Assembly: GCA_002633005.1 (NCBI GenBank)
Contig: NMRA01000081.1
Location: forward strand, 313,625 to 377,624
DNA from: Phoronis australis
Lineage: Eukaryota; Animalia; Phoronida
Reading direction: 5' to 3'
Length of the DNA stretch: 64,000 nucleotides
Numbering within the stretch: the stretch's first letter is position 1; each line of letters begins with the position of its first letter. The position numbers and the translations under genes are program-made. The notes below the pieces were generated by a model, which was not told the DNA's origin, searched no databases, and worked only from the letters and a program-made list of their open reading frames with translations. This document shows, in pieces, positions 41,701 to 52,752 of this stretch.

Positions 41701-44700
41701 AGAGTTGGCCAAAAATGGTCATTTTTATGACGTTATAATGAAAATAATGCGAAAATAAACTCTCACAGTTGTCTAAGAGTCGTCGAAATAGCAGTACAGT
41801 TCTTAGACCCCATAATAGCCCTTTTCTTCTACCATACAATCGATAATTTTCTCTGACTTTGTTCTTAGAAATTCCCGAGACTCCTTGAATTTGTTTTAAA
41901 CATATTTTTTGCATCAACTTTAGAATATGAATTAAACGCAACGGTCAAAAACTTATTTACAATTAATTCTTTTGCAACATGAGTTCAGTTTTTCAAAATA
42001 AGCAAAAATAAGCAAAATTTGCAAGAAAGTTCATTCATAGGACGAATTTTGATTTTCTAGTGGTGCACTAACAAAGTAATCGTCACAGTTGAATGCCATG
42101 GTTGAACTTCAAATGTTACATTAGTAGAAAATGCAAGTACATTCAGGGCTGTAACTAATGATCTGCTCATACTTTTATGATACCTTTCGTTTGATGAGAC
42201 TAGTTCTACGTTTTAAACTATTGAAAATAAAAGAAAGAGTGTCTTCAAGACGAAATTTTATTAATACTGTCAAAGTAGGAAAATCTTAGCAGTTTTCAGT
42301 AATATTGCATTGTTTACAAATTTCGACCCACGTTTTTTGTGTTTAGGGCGGCAATGAGCAGCAAGAAATCAACAGCAGGCTGAGTGATTGTTTTTATCTC
42401 TCATCAGCTTCCGTTACTCATGATCCAGGGTAAGAATTCTCAGTTACGGTAAGTTTACCTTGAACTCGAACATGTCTAAAAAATTCTGGGTCGTTTTGAT
42501 TGCATGCTTTCCGACACACATTCAGTAGAAACACGGTCTGGTGATGAAGACTTGCACCAGGGTATGGTACTATTTTTGAACGTGGCAAATTAGATAGCAT
42601 TTAAGGTGTTTAATTCGTGCTACTATTAATCAAAACAAATAAAGCAAATGTTAAAAAGGAAGGGACGTGAGGAGCATCTTTCGACAGTTTCAACCGCGTT
42701 AAAATAGGCTGCATTAAGTTATTCCGCTTATACTAAATCAAAACGCGTTAAGATGGTAATACTTCAATGTAATTAACCTCATAGATGTGAGAGCAGATTG
42801 TGCACAAAAATCTTTCAATTACAGAAAATGGCTGAAGTCTAGCTGTAAGGACATCAAACATATCAGCCTGGTCTTTCGTAGCGCTCGTAAGGAGAAAATG
42901 TACAGACATTCCAGAGACCCTGCTTTTCATCTCGGTATAGGATGTTGTATGTTTGTGTTCGTTTGTATGGGAGTCGCTCAAGGGTTCGCTCTAATCACGA
43001 GGTAAGGAATGAGACTTGCTAAAACTGGTCTCTGGAACCTCAAAACTCAACACTATCTAAACTTCCTTGATTATAAGATCATTACGCGTGTGACATTTAT
43101 TACGTTGTCAGTTTAAGTCACAGAATTCATGCATGCAGGTGCTAACATTAAGAATAAAAATGTACCAATTCAGAGTTACAAAAGTGTACCCATTCAGAGA
43201 GAGCTTGTATTCTTAAAGGGGTGGAAAAAAACCAAACATTCGATTGTGACAATAAATCATTTTAGTGATAGTGTTATCTCGTCATTTTCCGTTTCCACAA
43301 AGATGTAATCCTACTGTATTTTCCTCTCTGGCCTGTACTTCTCACTTGCACGTTTCTCTTGATGGCATTTTGACATTTGTAACGTTTTTAGACTATTTTA
43401 ATTTTTAACGTTTATTTTCAGGTTTGTCCCATTGATGTCCTTCTTCATAACCGGCACTGTTTTATTTATTACGCTTTTTCTTCTATCAAATCCGTCAGTG
43501 AGTTTTATTTGTAGATCACTCTAGACCTCAATTAAATAAAAAAACATGTTTGCAGAGGCGTTTATAATTTTTTTTTGTCATTCAGTTCTTGGAATAAAAA
43601 CAATTAATTGTTACATTTTATTCACACACTAATGTTTGTAATAAAAATGAAGCTGTTTTATTTCCTCGTTCGAACTTAACAGGCTGTTTTAGCTTATTAA
43701 CTGATATGAAATACGAAAAAGAAGCATGTAATGATGTCTGTACCTCAATTTCTCTGATTTTATTGTTTTCAAAGTATCTGTTACATTCACATTGCTTGCT
43801 TTTGCGAAAAATGACGAAGAGTGAGTTTTAGATTAAATAAAGAGCTCATTTTTATTGAATATTCCTAACACGGCTCTTGAGTAAATTAGTCAAAAATTTC
43901 ATGTGAAAAATGGTGGAATGGTGGGTAAAGTGTGTTTTTGGATAAATCGATGTACCTTTCAAAAAGAAGATTTTACCCCCAAAAAACGCCGGGTCACGTG
44001 ACCAAAAAAGTTGGCATAGTGGCTAGTTACTACTGTAAGAGGAAAGACAAAAGACAGCATTTCAGAGGTACATGTAACCTTAAAATGGCTACATACCCAT
44101 CTTTCGACGTAAAAACAACTTTTGATTTAGTGGTTTTGAATTGTTCGTTATCAAATTAGATTGACGACTTCTGAGTTTGGAACTGGGAGTTCATTATTCC
44201 TTGAGATCAGACTCCACAACTTGGCTTGTCACAACGGCTCATTTTATGCGCCGTGCACGGTGTCAAGCAATGATGATTGATCAATTCTTTCTGAGTCCAG
44301 AAACCACTTCTTATCTAAAAAAAAGTACAATTACAAACTAGTTTGTTTACACAAACTTGGATTCTTTAACGCTGGAACGAGGGTTTAAAGCCGTTTCAAG
44401 TCTTCGAGACAAAATAATGCTGTATAAAAAGCCTAGGTAATCGTCAAAAGTTTGGAAAGATTTTGCAAATTCCTTATTCCTTTTAAGTTGGAAAGCGTGA
44501 CTAACGCTTTGAGCCAGTTAAACTACAGCAGCTGTTGCGAAACACGTCTCATATCAATTCAAAAGATTCTCATTGTGACGGTGTGAGAAAGTTCTAACTT
44601 GATTTTTATATTTGGTAACAGGACAAGATTGGGGTAAAATTATCAAAACAGAGTTTAGTATTTAATGTTATGTATGATCTTACAAAAATTCCAAATTATG

Positions 44701-47700
44701 CTGTGCTTTGTACAGTGTTCTTCAAAACGATTCATTTAAAAAATTAGTTTTAAAATGTTCCACTTTTGCATGAAGAGCTATCAATAATAGATTTTTTATG
44801 ATTTTTATGAAGAAACTCCAAAGCTGCATCAAGCAAAAACGAAGTGATATATTAAAAATCTGTAATAGAGGGCTTTGAGATTATATCTTGAGCATCAAAT
44901 GAAATTTGTTCTTCTTATTGAGATGTTGCAAATAGTTTATATTCCGTTCAACCCGCCATCTTTTTGGTCACAACACGTGACCCAATGAATGAAAGTCCGG
45001 GACTCGAACCCAGGACCTTCTGCTAACTGTGTGGACGCTCTAGCCACTGAGCCATCGGTACCATCTTTTTGAGACTTTTACTTTGCTGTTAATGAACCTT
45101 TGTTTCTTCGTTCAGTTCGTTCAGAAAATACACACTGTTAGAGAGTGGAGTTTCATAGGCATTTGGATAAATGTCCAGACTAGTCGATAAGGTCCTACAT
45201 AACCGTCAAGTTATCCTTTAGACTAGAAAAAGTTTCATAAAATGATATTCGTAATAGATTTATCTCAATATTTCTATGTTTTATTCCAGGTCAATGAAAC
45301 TGGTCCTCTAAAGACGTTGAAGCGCTGCTCGTGGTACATAATGAAGACGATATACCTTAAGTTTGCTCTTACTCTCTTCTGTTTGACATTAACATTTGTT
45401 GGATCTGTTTTTTCAGTAGTAAGTATACTTAAGTAGTTGTTTCAAAATTGCTTAATAAACTATCGAATCAATTAATTTTACTCATTTTCGCTAACATTTT
45501 GTTCTATGAGAAAATCTAGTTTCTAACTTTTCTCATTTTGGTGACAGAATTTTAATACCAGCAATCCTATTTTGTGTTGGTTCTTTTCCTTGTTATATAG
45601 CAAAGTAGAGTAGGTAGATGACGTAATTAAATATGTCCTGATAGCAATTAGCATTTGAAGCATATTTAAACAAAATAAAAACAAGGCTTAACTATTATTT
45701 ATTGGTATTGGTATTTTATTTTTTTTATTTTTGTATTATATTAGATGATATACCAATGGTTTACGCATAAATTTGTCGGAAAATCACCAACGGCCCTGAG
45801 ACTGAATTGTTCCATTCAATTCAAACTTTATATAGCTCAAGACCCGGTTGCTTGAAAATTATACATGTACACTGGATAGGAACAGGCAAGTAGCATTGTC
45901 ACGCGTCAAGCTGCTACGTTATGCAATAAACAAACTTGACCAGCTGATAAATTTTAAAAGTTTATGCGTTTATCGCTCTTAGTGAACGCAGCCAAGGTGT
46001 ACGGTGTATCTACGGTATTCCAATGCATTAAAATTTTGTTGTTAGGGCTCTTGTCGATATCTCACCAAAGAAGAAGTCCAGAACGTTTCTCAAGAGATCA
46101 TAAAGGGCCCGAATGTCTCTCTTTACTATTTTGCTGAACAACATGGCGTGTGTGTGTTCTCCGTGGTAAGAAAGCTCGTGAATATATTTTGATGAAATCT
46201 AAGCCAAATTCTAGCTGTCTCGTGAAATTTCAATTTTGACATGGCCATTAAAACTTTGCATGTTTACTTACATCCTGACGTATATAATAAGATCATAGAT
46301 CATAGATCATAGAAAACAGATTCATAACTAAAGAATTTTCTATGAACTTTGTCTCTTTCTTCCAATACTTACTTCAGCTTCCGGTTAGCTAGCAGACGAC
46401 GATCTTGCCGGAAGTAAAACGTGCTACCACACCGGGCGCCGCTAGGGAATAGTGGTATCATAGAAACTATAGTATTGTTGGTTGCGGCTTGTGTGCATGA
46501 CCACAGATCTTGTACACTGAGAATAAGGAGAGTTGGCGGTCCACGCCCTATGGTCTTTGACAAACACTTTTGGCATTTTGATCTTCAGTTTAAGCGTTTT
46601 GATGCTTGGCACATGAGTGAAATTGACCTATCGCCAAGATTTTGACTGACGGTTTAGCTGACGAATCAGAACGCAGCATTCTTGACACACCTTCCTTTGC
46701 GTTTCTAGGCCGCCAAGAACGCGTTGTCGGGTAAAGATTATTTTAGTCTATAGCTCAAGAAATTGTGCTATAAGAATAGTGAAACGGCATTGCTGTGACG
46801 TGTGTAATTCTGACAGCCGTTATGCAGCTCGAGAAGAATACTCTGTCACTTTTGGACATTCCCTAAGCCGAAAAGTGATGTCGAAGAGTGTAAACGATAG
46901 ATCAAACTCTGTGGACGGCCACACAAGCAGCTGAACTTGGCAATGTTGCTTGATTACTCGAAAGTTAAACACAAATATTTTTTCCAAGATACGTACTTTT
47001 CAGTTTGGTGGCTATAGTGTATAGGCTTATCTGATTTTGACTCCATAGTTTCACTCGTCTGGCGGCCTTTGTCTCGTCACCTGCTGGATCCCTGCACTAG
47101 CCCTAGCGGTAGTTCCCGGAGTTGCTGTTTTTAAGGACATTTTTAGTATTTTTCATTTATTTCGTTTGAATGGACATTGTTTTGTTTCGTAGCAAAAACG
47201 AGTTACATTTTTTGGGATTACTGAATTCAAAGACTTGTTCGAGCTGTTGCCACAAAGAATAAACAGTTAAAATACTTTTTGTTGACAACCTCTAGTGCAC
47301 ACTTCACCTGTACAGTTTGAAAAAGCTCATTTTGTAGTTATTCAAAGATGATAGTTGCCTTTATGAAGCTTTAAAAAAGAATTTAAATTATTTTTGTAAA
47401 TAGCCATATTTGTTACTACGCCAGACTTGTCATCTTTTGTAACCATGCCACAGCTTAGTGGTCATGTTACGTTTAAAATTGACTGGAAGCTACATTTATG
47501 CAATGAACATGTGGAAAATGTCAAGTTCATGAGAAGGCAGGCCTACCTTAAATGTCTTAATGGTGCAATTACGGCCAATTCCGTGCATCAATTTGACACA
47601 GTCCTAGACTTACCAGAGCTAACTGCTTGCCTAGTAAAAGATGAGTGTGTACCTGAGCTATAAACCTGATTCTCTCTCTCTCTCTCTCTCTCTCTCTCNN

Positions 47701-50700
47701 NNNNNNNNNNNNNNNNNNNNNNNNNNNNNNNNNNNNNNNNNNNNNNNNNNNNNNNNNNNNNNNNNNNNNNNNNNNNNNNNNNNNNNNNNNNNNNNNNNNN
47801 NNNNNNNNNNNNNNNNNNNNNNNNNNNNNNNNNNNNNNNNNNNNNNNNNNNNNNNNNNNNNNNNNNNNNNNNNNNNNNNNNNNNNNNNNNNNNNNNNNNN
47901 NNNNNNNNNNNNNNNNNNNNNNNNNNNNNNNNNNNNNNNNNNNNNNNNNNNNNNNNNNNNNNNNNNNNNNNNNNNNNNNNNNNNNNNAACATGATCTCAG
48001 GCATTTTGACTTTCTCTTCTTCTCTAGTTGCTTTGAAGAATCAATTAGATATAGAAATCAAGCTTTTTTGTCGGTATAACTGCGCGTTGAGCTGAGACCA
48101 TGCGCGCACCCAACCTAAAAAATGGGGGCTTGAATTTTTGAGAATGTGGACCTTTAACTAGGATTCACGGAGTACGTTTAGAGCTATGAATTGTGCATTC
48201 GCCGAATTTTGGTACTTCCTGACTTTTTAGTAGACTTTTGTCTCGTTTTCTACTTTTTTCGGAGTTTTTGTTTCTCTGAGGTGGACATTTTTGCCCACTT
48301 TGCCAAATGGGGGACCGTTCGAGCCCCCCCCCCCCCAGGGTGTGCGCATGGCTGAGACATCAATTTAATTTTCTTGCTGCTTGTTTTCAAAATGCTACTG
48401 ACGTATTCAGTAAGATGGTAAAATCAAGAGTCAGTACGTACCAGTGCAAATGTTCTTGTTATTACTAAAAGTCGTTAGTCAATATTGTAAAATGTTGAAG
48501 CTTAGATGATTGTTTTACTATTTTATCGTTAGAGTTCTCGCAAGTTTATAGCTGTTGTAAATGTGTAGATATTTTGGTATCTTACACATACAAGTAAACA
48601 ATACATTACTCAAAGAAGTAACAGTATCATATTTCTCAATCATAATACAATACAACATCCGACGCTGCTATAATTTAAAAATCTTTTAATTCGTCCACAT
48701 TCGTGAAGATGCGTGTACCTCCTTGCTTGCAGTGGCGCATACATGTTTGTTTTTCAGGGGGTCAATGATGACAGTGGTTGAAGTGAGGGGAGGCATTTAC
48801 CTCCTAATCTCGTTCATCACGTTGGCTGTTCTGAATAGACAGGTATACTTCCTTTCCTGCAGGCATCTGTTTGAAGTAAAACTGTTGAACAGACAAGAAG
48901 CTGACTTCATGTTGATATAAGTAATAAGAATGATACAGCACGCCGGTCTTTTGCGAGAGAATCCCTGAATTTGTCTTATTATCGAGTCAAAAGCGTGTTC
49001 ATCGCTGTACACATATTGCTCCTTGTGTCTGTAAGTTGTTACGTTGTTGCTTTTTCAGACGGAAAAAAGTCTTCGATTAGCTTTTCTATGGAAAACTAAG
49101 ATCAAGGAAGAAAAACTTCGCGTAGTGAGATCTGACTGGCTGAATACGTTGTTACTGGAGAATATTCTTCCCCGCCATGTAGCAGATCACTATTTTGAAC
49201 CAGGTGCAACAAAAGTGAGGAACTTTGTATTTATTGGCTTCTGTAAAAACGATACTATACGGTTAACGTACCGCCAAACACGGTTTACGGACAAAATGTA
49301 AATGTCAGCTGACCCAGGAAGCCGATGAGTCCGTGACCCGTGTTCGGCGGTCCGTTAACCGTGCTTCCTCGTGAATATGAGTCCGTGTCCCGTATTTGTG
49401 TGAATGGATCGTGTTTTGTGAGTCCGTTCCCGTGTTCGTGAGTCAGTGGACGGTGTTTGCAGGTCCGTGAGTCGCCGTGTTCATGCGTCCGTGACCGTGT
49501 TTATGAGTCCGTTAACCGTGTAGTTTAGGTACCTTAGAAAGGATGCAGATCGTTTTCACAAAGTCTTCTGAGTCCATACCATCTGGTATAATTCAATGCG
49601 AGCTGGACTATCGCCGTATAAAAACTAAAAGCATATTGCATAAATACAATTAACTTGCAACAATGCGCTCAGTCGGCAAAGTCAAATAAAAATCTAATTA
49701 GGTCACTCCTACGCCCTAAACTTCATTTATTAGACGTGATGGAGATGGGTGCAAATGGACCGAGGAAATTTAGAATTGACCATACAAGCTCACCACCTTA
49801 TACTAGGTTTATAAACAAAACCCATAACCTTGTTTTGTTACCTAGACACAGCGCTGATTCGCCTGACCAAAATGGCCAACTTCAAAATAAGATAAAAATA
49901 AGAATGAATAACAGTACTTATGACCCCCATTCCGACTGCAGCATAATCATAGAAAATAAGAAATATTATTAACTTGGCCTTATCAAAAGATTGGACTTTC
50001 GTCGTCATTGTGATGAGAAACGGGTTGCCCCAAGGTAATAGTCCAATACCTAAACATATAATACACACAATTTACCTTTAAAAGCTGTTTTACCTTGGCT
50101 GTTTAACCACAGTAAACCTAAAACAGTAAGAACTGCTGTATTTATGGAAAATTGTTCCGATTATCATTCTACAGAGCCTTTACTACCAGTCTCATGATTC
50201 AGTGTGCGTCCTGTTCGCGTCCATACCTGACATCAAAAGTACCGGAGTGACTGGACGGGAATGTCTCAGATTGCTAAATGAAGTCATCGCCGCTTTTGAC
50301 CAGGTGAGCGAATAAACTCAATCATGGGAAAACATAAATTCCCTATATATATAATCCACCATTTTCAGTAAATGGCGAAGGAATATTTATAGAAATGTTT
50401 TTTAAACAGTCAGTGTTTTAGTATAGTTATTTCATTCATATTATTCATCAGTACATCAGCAAAGTTTTAGTTCGGTTTTCAATCGTTTTTGAAAATATTT
50501 TCAAAGTTTGAAGTAGCAAAGTGTGTATCAGGTTTCCCTCTTGTAGTTGGCTTTTAGTTATTGTTGATTTGCGCAAACGTTGTTACGCATGCGCAGAGGA
50601 ACGAATTATTTATTTCCCCAAGGTCAATGCCTCTTGCAGGCTGTCGTGCTTCACAGTTATACTAGAAGTGAAGACATTCAAATTGTAAAATCATCCCACG

Positions 50701-52752
50701 GACCATGAAGTCACGTGACGCAGACGAGATCATTTTGATAATGTAACATCGGGTGATAATATGTAATATTTAGAAACACGCAATAGACTTCGGGTTATGA
50801 ACTGCGTTATGCCATTGCAAACCATTACTTATTTCTCTTCGTAATTTTAGCTACTGATGACGGCAAACTTCAAACTGGTGGAGAAAATCAAAACAATCGG
50901 AAGTACTTACATGGCAGCTGTTGGTCTCAAGCCTGACAGTGTGGTATGAAATTTACTGTATTGCATACAAAACGTCGTACGACTGTTAAACAATTTGAAA
51001 ACGTAAAACATAGGTTGGTAACATTGATATTCGTCAAAGGTAATTCATCAATTAGTTTTTATTGCATAACATTTTTTCAGAGTTCAAAAAATAACTGCAA
51101 TCATGCCATTTTTCCACCTTTCAAACATCGTTTTAGTTACGTTAAACAGTTGTATTAAGCGGTGAAATGAATGTGAATGATGTCACAAAGATGATCTGTG
51201 TCAGGTTTTATTTGAAAACTACTGTGACCTTGTGTAACCTTGCAGCGTATGGCAACTCTTCTGCAGCTTCGACTTCTCACCAAGTGTGGTCAGATAGAGT
51301 AGTCGAATGCGCATTTGTTTCTGTTACACGTTAAGGAGACTGTTTTGCAGGACAGTAACGTGGACGAAAATGTCGTCCTTACTGTGAAATTTTGCCTTCA
51401 AATGATGGAAAAGTTGTCTCAAATTAACAAGGACAGTTTCAGCGAAAATAAACTCCGAATAGGTAAGGGGTAAATAGTCGTTGTTCTATGATGTGCTATG
51501 TTTTTAACACAAAACAACAATGTCGTCAGGATTATTTTACATTACCAGAAAAATCTGTTTGGGGATATATCTGTCATTCTTATTTTGTCTAATTTCTCAC
51601 TACCAATAATTATTAAGAAAAAATTATTTCATTTGTTAATTTGGTTTGAATTGTGGATATTTTTATAAAAATAAATTTGGTAAAGCTTTCGTTATTTGCA
51701 GCAAGGTATGAAACAGCCTCAAAGAAAAAGAAAAATAAAAATGAATTTTTTTTGTAAATTATCTTTTGCGAAATGAATGAGGAATTACCTTAAAGTGACT
51801 ACTAAAAACAACGTTCACCAACCATTTGTCTAGATATGATTGACTAAGTAATTTTCCCACAGTGTGTGCAAAAGAATTCCTGAAAATGATTAATAAATGT
51901 CTTTATACGTGACGAAGGTATCAATCATGGTCCGGTAGTGGCCGGTGTGATCGGGGCTCATAAACCTCAGTACGACATCCTAGGAGACACGGTCAACGTG
52001 GCTAGCCGTATGGAAAGCCATGGCGTGGCTGGGCGAATACAGGTGAGTTCATTCAAAAGTAACCTAAAATTGTTTTCACTTTCCATAATCTCAAGTAGCA
52101 CCAAAGAAATGAAGGTTCTCCCCGTAGAACTGCTTGTATTCAGGTTTCCCAGTATGCTAGCGCCTGAACTAGAGTATATTATTAATAGCATCCACGTAGT
52201 CACGTGGTACCCTTAGCCCACGAATGCCTCCCTTGCTCTTTTCTCTCAAGCCTAAATTTATTAAAGTGTTTAAAAGAGAAACATTTCTTCTTTACCACTA
52301 TTCAGTAAATATTTAATCGGACATTGCTCGAAATGTATCAAGACTGGTACATTTTTGTTTTTTTCAACTTGGGAATCGAACCTACGGTATCTTCAAGACC
52401 GTACCTGTGACTAGTTTGAAAAGTTGACTCCTGTTACTTAGTTGAATACCATACCGTTCAATCGAGCGTTACAAAGATTTGAGGTGTCATTACCTACCTG
52501 CCGCATAGTTATGTCTTTCATTTGTAGGTACGTCGTGAAACCATGGAGATTTTAGAAAGGAATGGATTCCCTTGTGAATATCGCGACCGAATCAACATAA
52601 AGGGAAAGGAAGGTTTGCTGGACGTTTACATGGTCAAGGAGCGCGCTAGTCTGCGCCGTCTCGACTCCCACGCAAGTTCTGTGGAGATCACATTGTCACC
52701 TGCACTGTCAAGATCGACCACATTCTTACACGACAGTGCCCATCATATGTGA
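22160..52752 (+). CDS. ADCY2: Transmembrane adenylyl cyclase, type 2/4/7-like (multi-exon; start exon uncertain, one or more TM exons missing, probably in the gap)
   Basis: Exons 22160-22309, 22480-22657, 23544-23746, 27853-28002, 31347-31489, 34746-34880, 36042-36153, 36718-36845, 38575-38736, 39979-40099, 41092-41223, 42347-42383 (uncertain), 42785-43001, 43422-43497, 45290-45418, 46046-46165, [missing], 48758-48842, 49059-49214, 50175-50303, 50851-50943, 51351-51462, 51918-52042, 52528-52752. Motifs [99 protein letters not shown]. The symbol denotes subfamily similarity, not proven orthology. Confidence 0.9.
25860..26720 (-). repeat. Dispersed ~750-bp repeat, copy 2, interrupted by a palindromic MITE
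   Basis: Reverse complement of 9235-9980 (e.g. ctactttgcactactttg..attcgcccatgtaat). Confidence 0.7.
26416..26498. mobile_element. 83-bp palindromic MITE (P/hAT-like, 8-bp TSD)
   Basis: 34-bp perfect inverted arms CACAGGCGCTTGGGTTTATCGCAAATGACGTCAC; GTACAATG direct repeat at 26408-26415 and 26499-26506. Confidence 0.88.
27327..27476 (-). mobile_element. MITE family A copy
   Basis: Reverse-complement match to 7097-7246; flanks CTG/CTA. Confidence 0.7.
27853..28002 (+). CDS. Adenylyl cyclase exon (TM6 + coiled coil)
   Basis: [38 protein letters not shown]. Confidence 0.85.
29225..29333 (-). mobile_element. MITE family A partial copy
   Basis: gcgaagtcttgct...gcgaggtcctagcgttactgaac matches family A. 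Confidence 0.55.
30393..30554 (+). mobile_element. MITE family A copy
   Basis: Match to 7097-7246; CAG target-site duplication. Confidence 0.75.
31347..31489 (+). CDS. Adenylyl cyclase exon (pre-C1a helix)
   Basis: [17 protein letters not shown] matches the LLLSVLP.HIA..MK motif. Confidence 0.8.
31712..31890 (+). repeat. Dispersed repeat also present at 17590-17763 and 1-90
   Basis: Shared gctgatggtttc..ttcttgttggtaa.ggaaatag...aaaagcct.attcga...cgcgaaatg. Confidence 0.6.
32920..33537 (-). CDS. IL17: Interleukin-17 family cytokine, nested antisense in an adenylyl cyclase intron
   Basis: 205 aa with signal peptide; [10 protein letters not shown]....[12 protein letters not shown]...C, C..I...TRVL, FVVGFTC. 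Splice acceptor at 33553 implies an upstream exon; ATTTA elements downstream (32621-32632). Confidence 0.9.
   Translation of the reverse strand: MFLVLLSVMTPTMVLSTKICKMPSETELRSRLIMESASSVHDSFLTLSNHFPAIQGITKDIQSMSMKKTCPHVHAVNKNLPLNDRSTCPWYYAINSNSSRFPAKIVEAKIRCGDNCLKVIGSTPRGDNRVAPMSRHCCNEIRFPTRVLVRTGRCMPGSGEYEFTVSHESFVVGFTCDMGVLVLPGVPKRQQSNTTSDPSIFASLV
34746..34880 (+). CDS. Adenylyl cyclase exon ending ...[14 protein letters not shown]
   Basis: ttttccttcag acceptor, AG|gtgagt donor, 135 nt phase 2-2; supplies the KRHDDVS preceding ILFADI. Confidence 0.8.
36042..40099 (+). CDS. Adenylyl cyclase C1a catalytic exons (36042-36153, 36718-36845, 38575-38736, 39979-40099)
   Basis: Both metal-binding Asp present (FADIV, GDCY); MRIGIHTG; WQYDVWS; VHVT; IKTYFI. 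Confidence 0.93.
39280..39824 (+). mobile_element. Non-autonomous DNA transposon with degenerate THAP domain (PIF/Harbinger-ISL2EU-like)
   Basis: 16-bp TIR GGGCCGTCCCGGATTA, TA flanks; internal [10 protein letters not shown]...FAF...[13 protein letters not shown] with stop and frameshift (~39448-39630). Confidence 0.75.
44995..45060 (-). mobile_element. tRNA-derived SINE head
   Basis: tggctcagtggctagagc ... gggttcgagtccc. Confidence 0.55.
46776..46990 (+). mobile_element. Degenerate THAP-domain transposon relic
   Basis: [15 protein letters not shown].../[25 protein letters not shown]; one frameshift and one stop. Confidence 0.7.
47671..47698. repeat. (TC)n microsatellite abutting the assembly gap
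   Basis: Read directly from the sequence. Confidence 0.95.
47699..47987. other. Assembly gap (N run)
   Basis: 289 Ns. Confidence 0.99.
48099..48350. mobile_element. hAT-like MITE
   Basis: Termini CATGCGCGCACCC / GGGTGTGCGCATG; 8-bp TSD GCTGAGAC. Confidence 0.8.
48758..52752 (+). CDS. Adenylyl cyclase TM12 and C2a catalytic exons to stop codon
   Basis: Adenine-specifying Lys (KIKT) and Asp (YDI), transition-state Asn/Arg (NVASR) and KGK loop are present; TGA at 52750-52752. Confidence 0.93.
49325..49521. repeat. Degenerate ~20-bp minisatellite (gagtccgtgacccgtgtt-like)
   Basis: About ten imperfect tandem units in an AC intron. Confidence 0.75.

Noticed and set aside
47588-48004. ORFs of 117-138 aa
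   Set aside because: Artefacts of the N gap and TC repeat
49325-49521. CRISPR-like array
   Set aside because: Degenerate tandem units without unique spacers, in a eukaryotic intron with no cas genes
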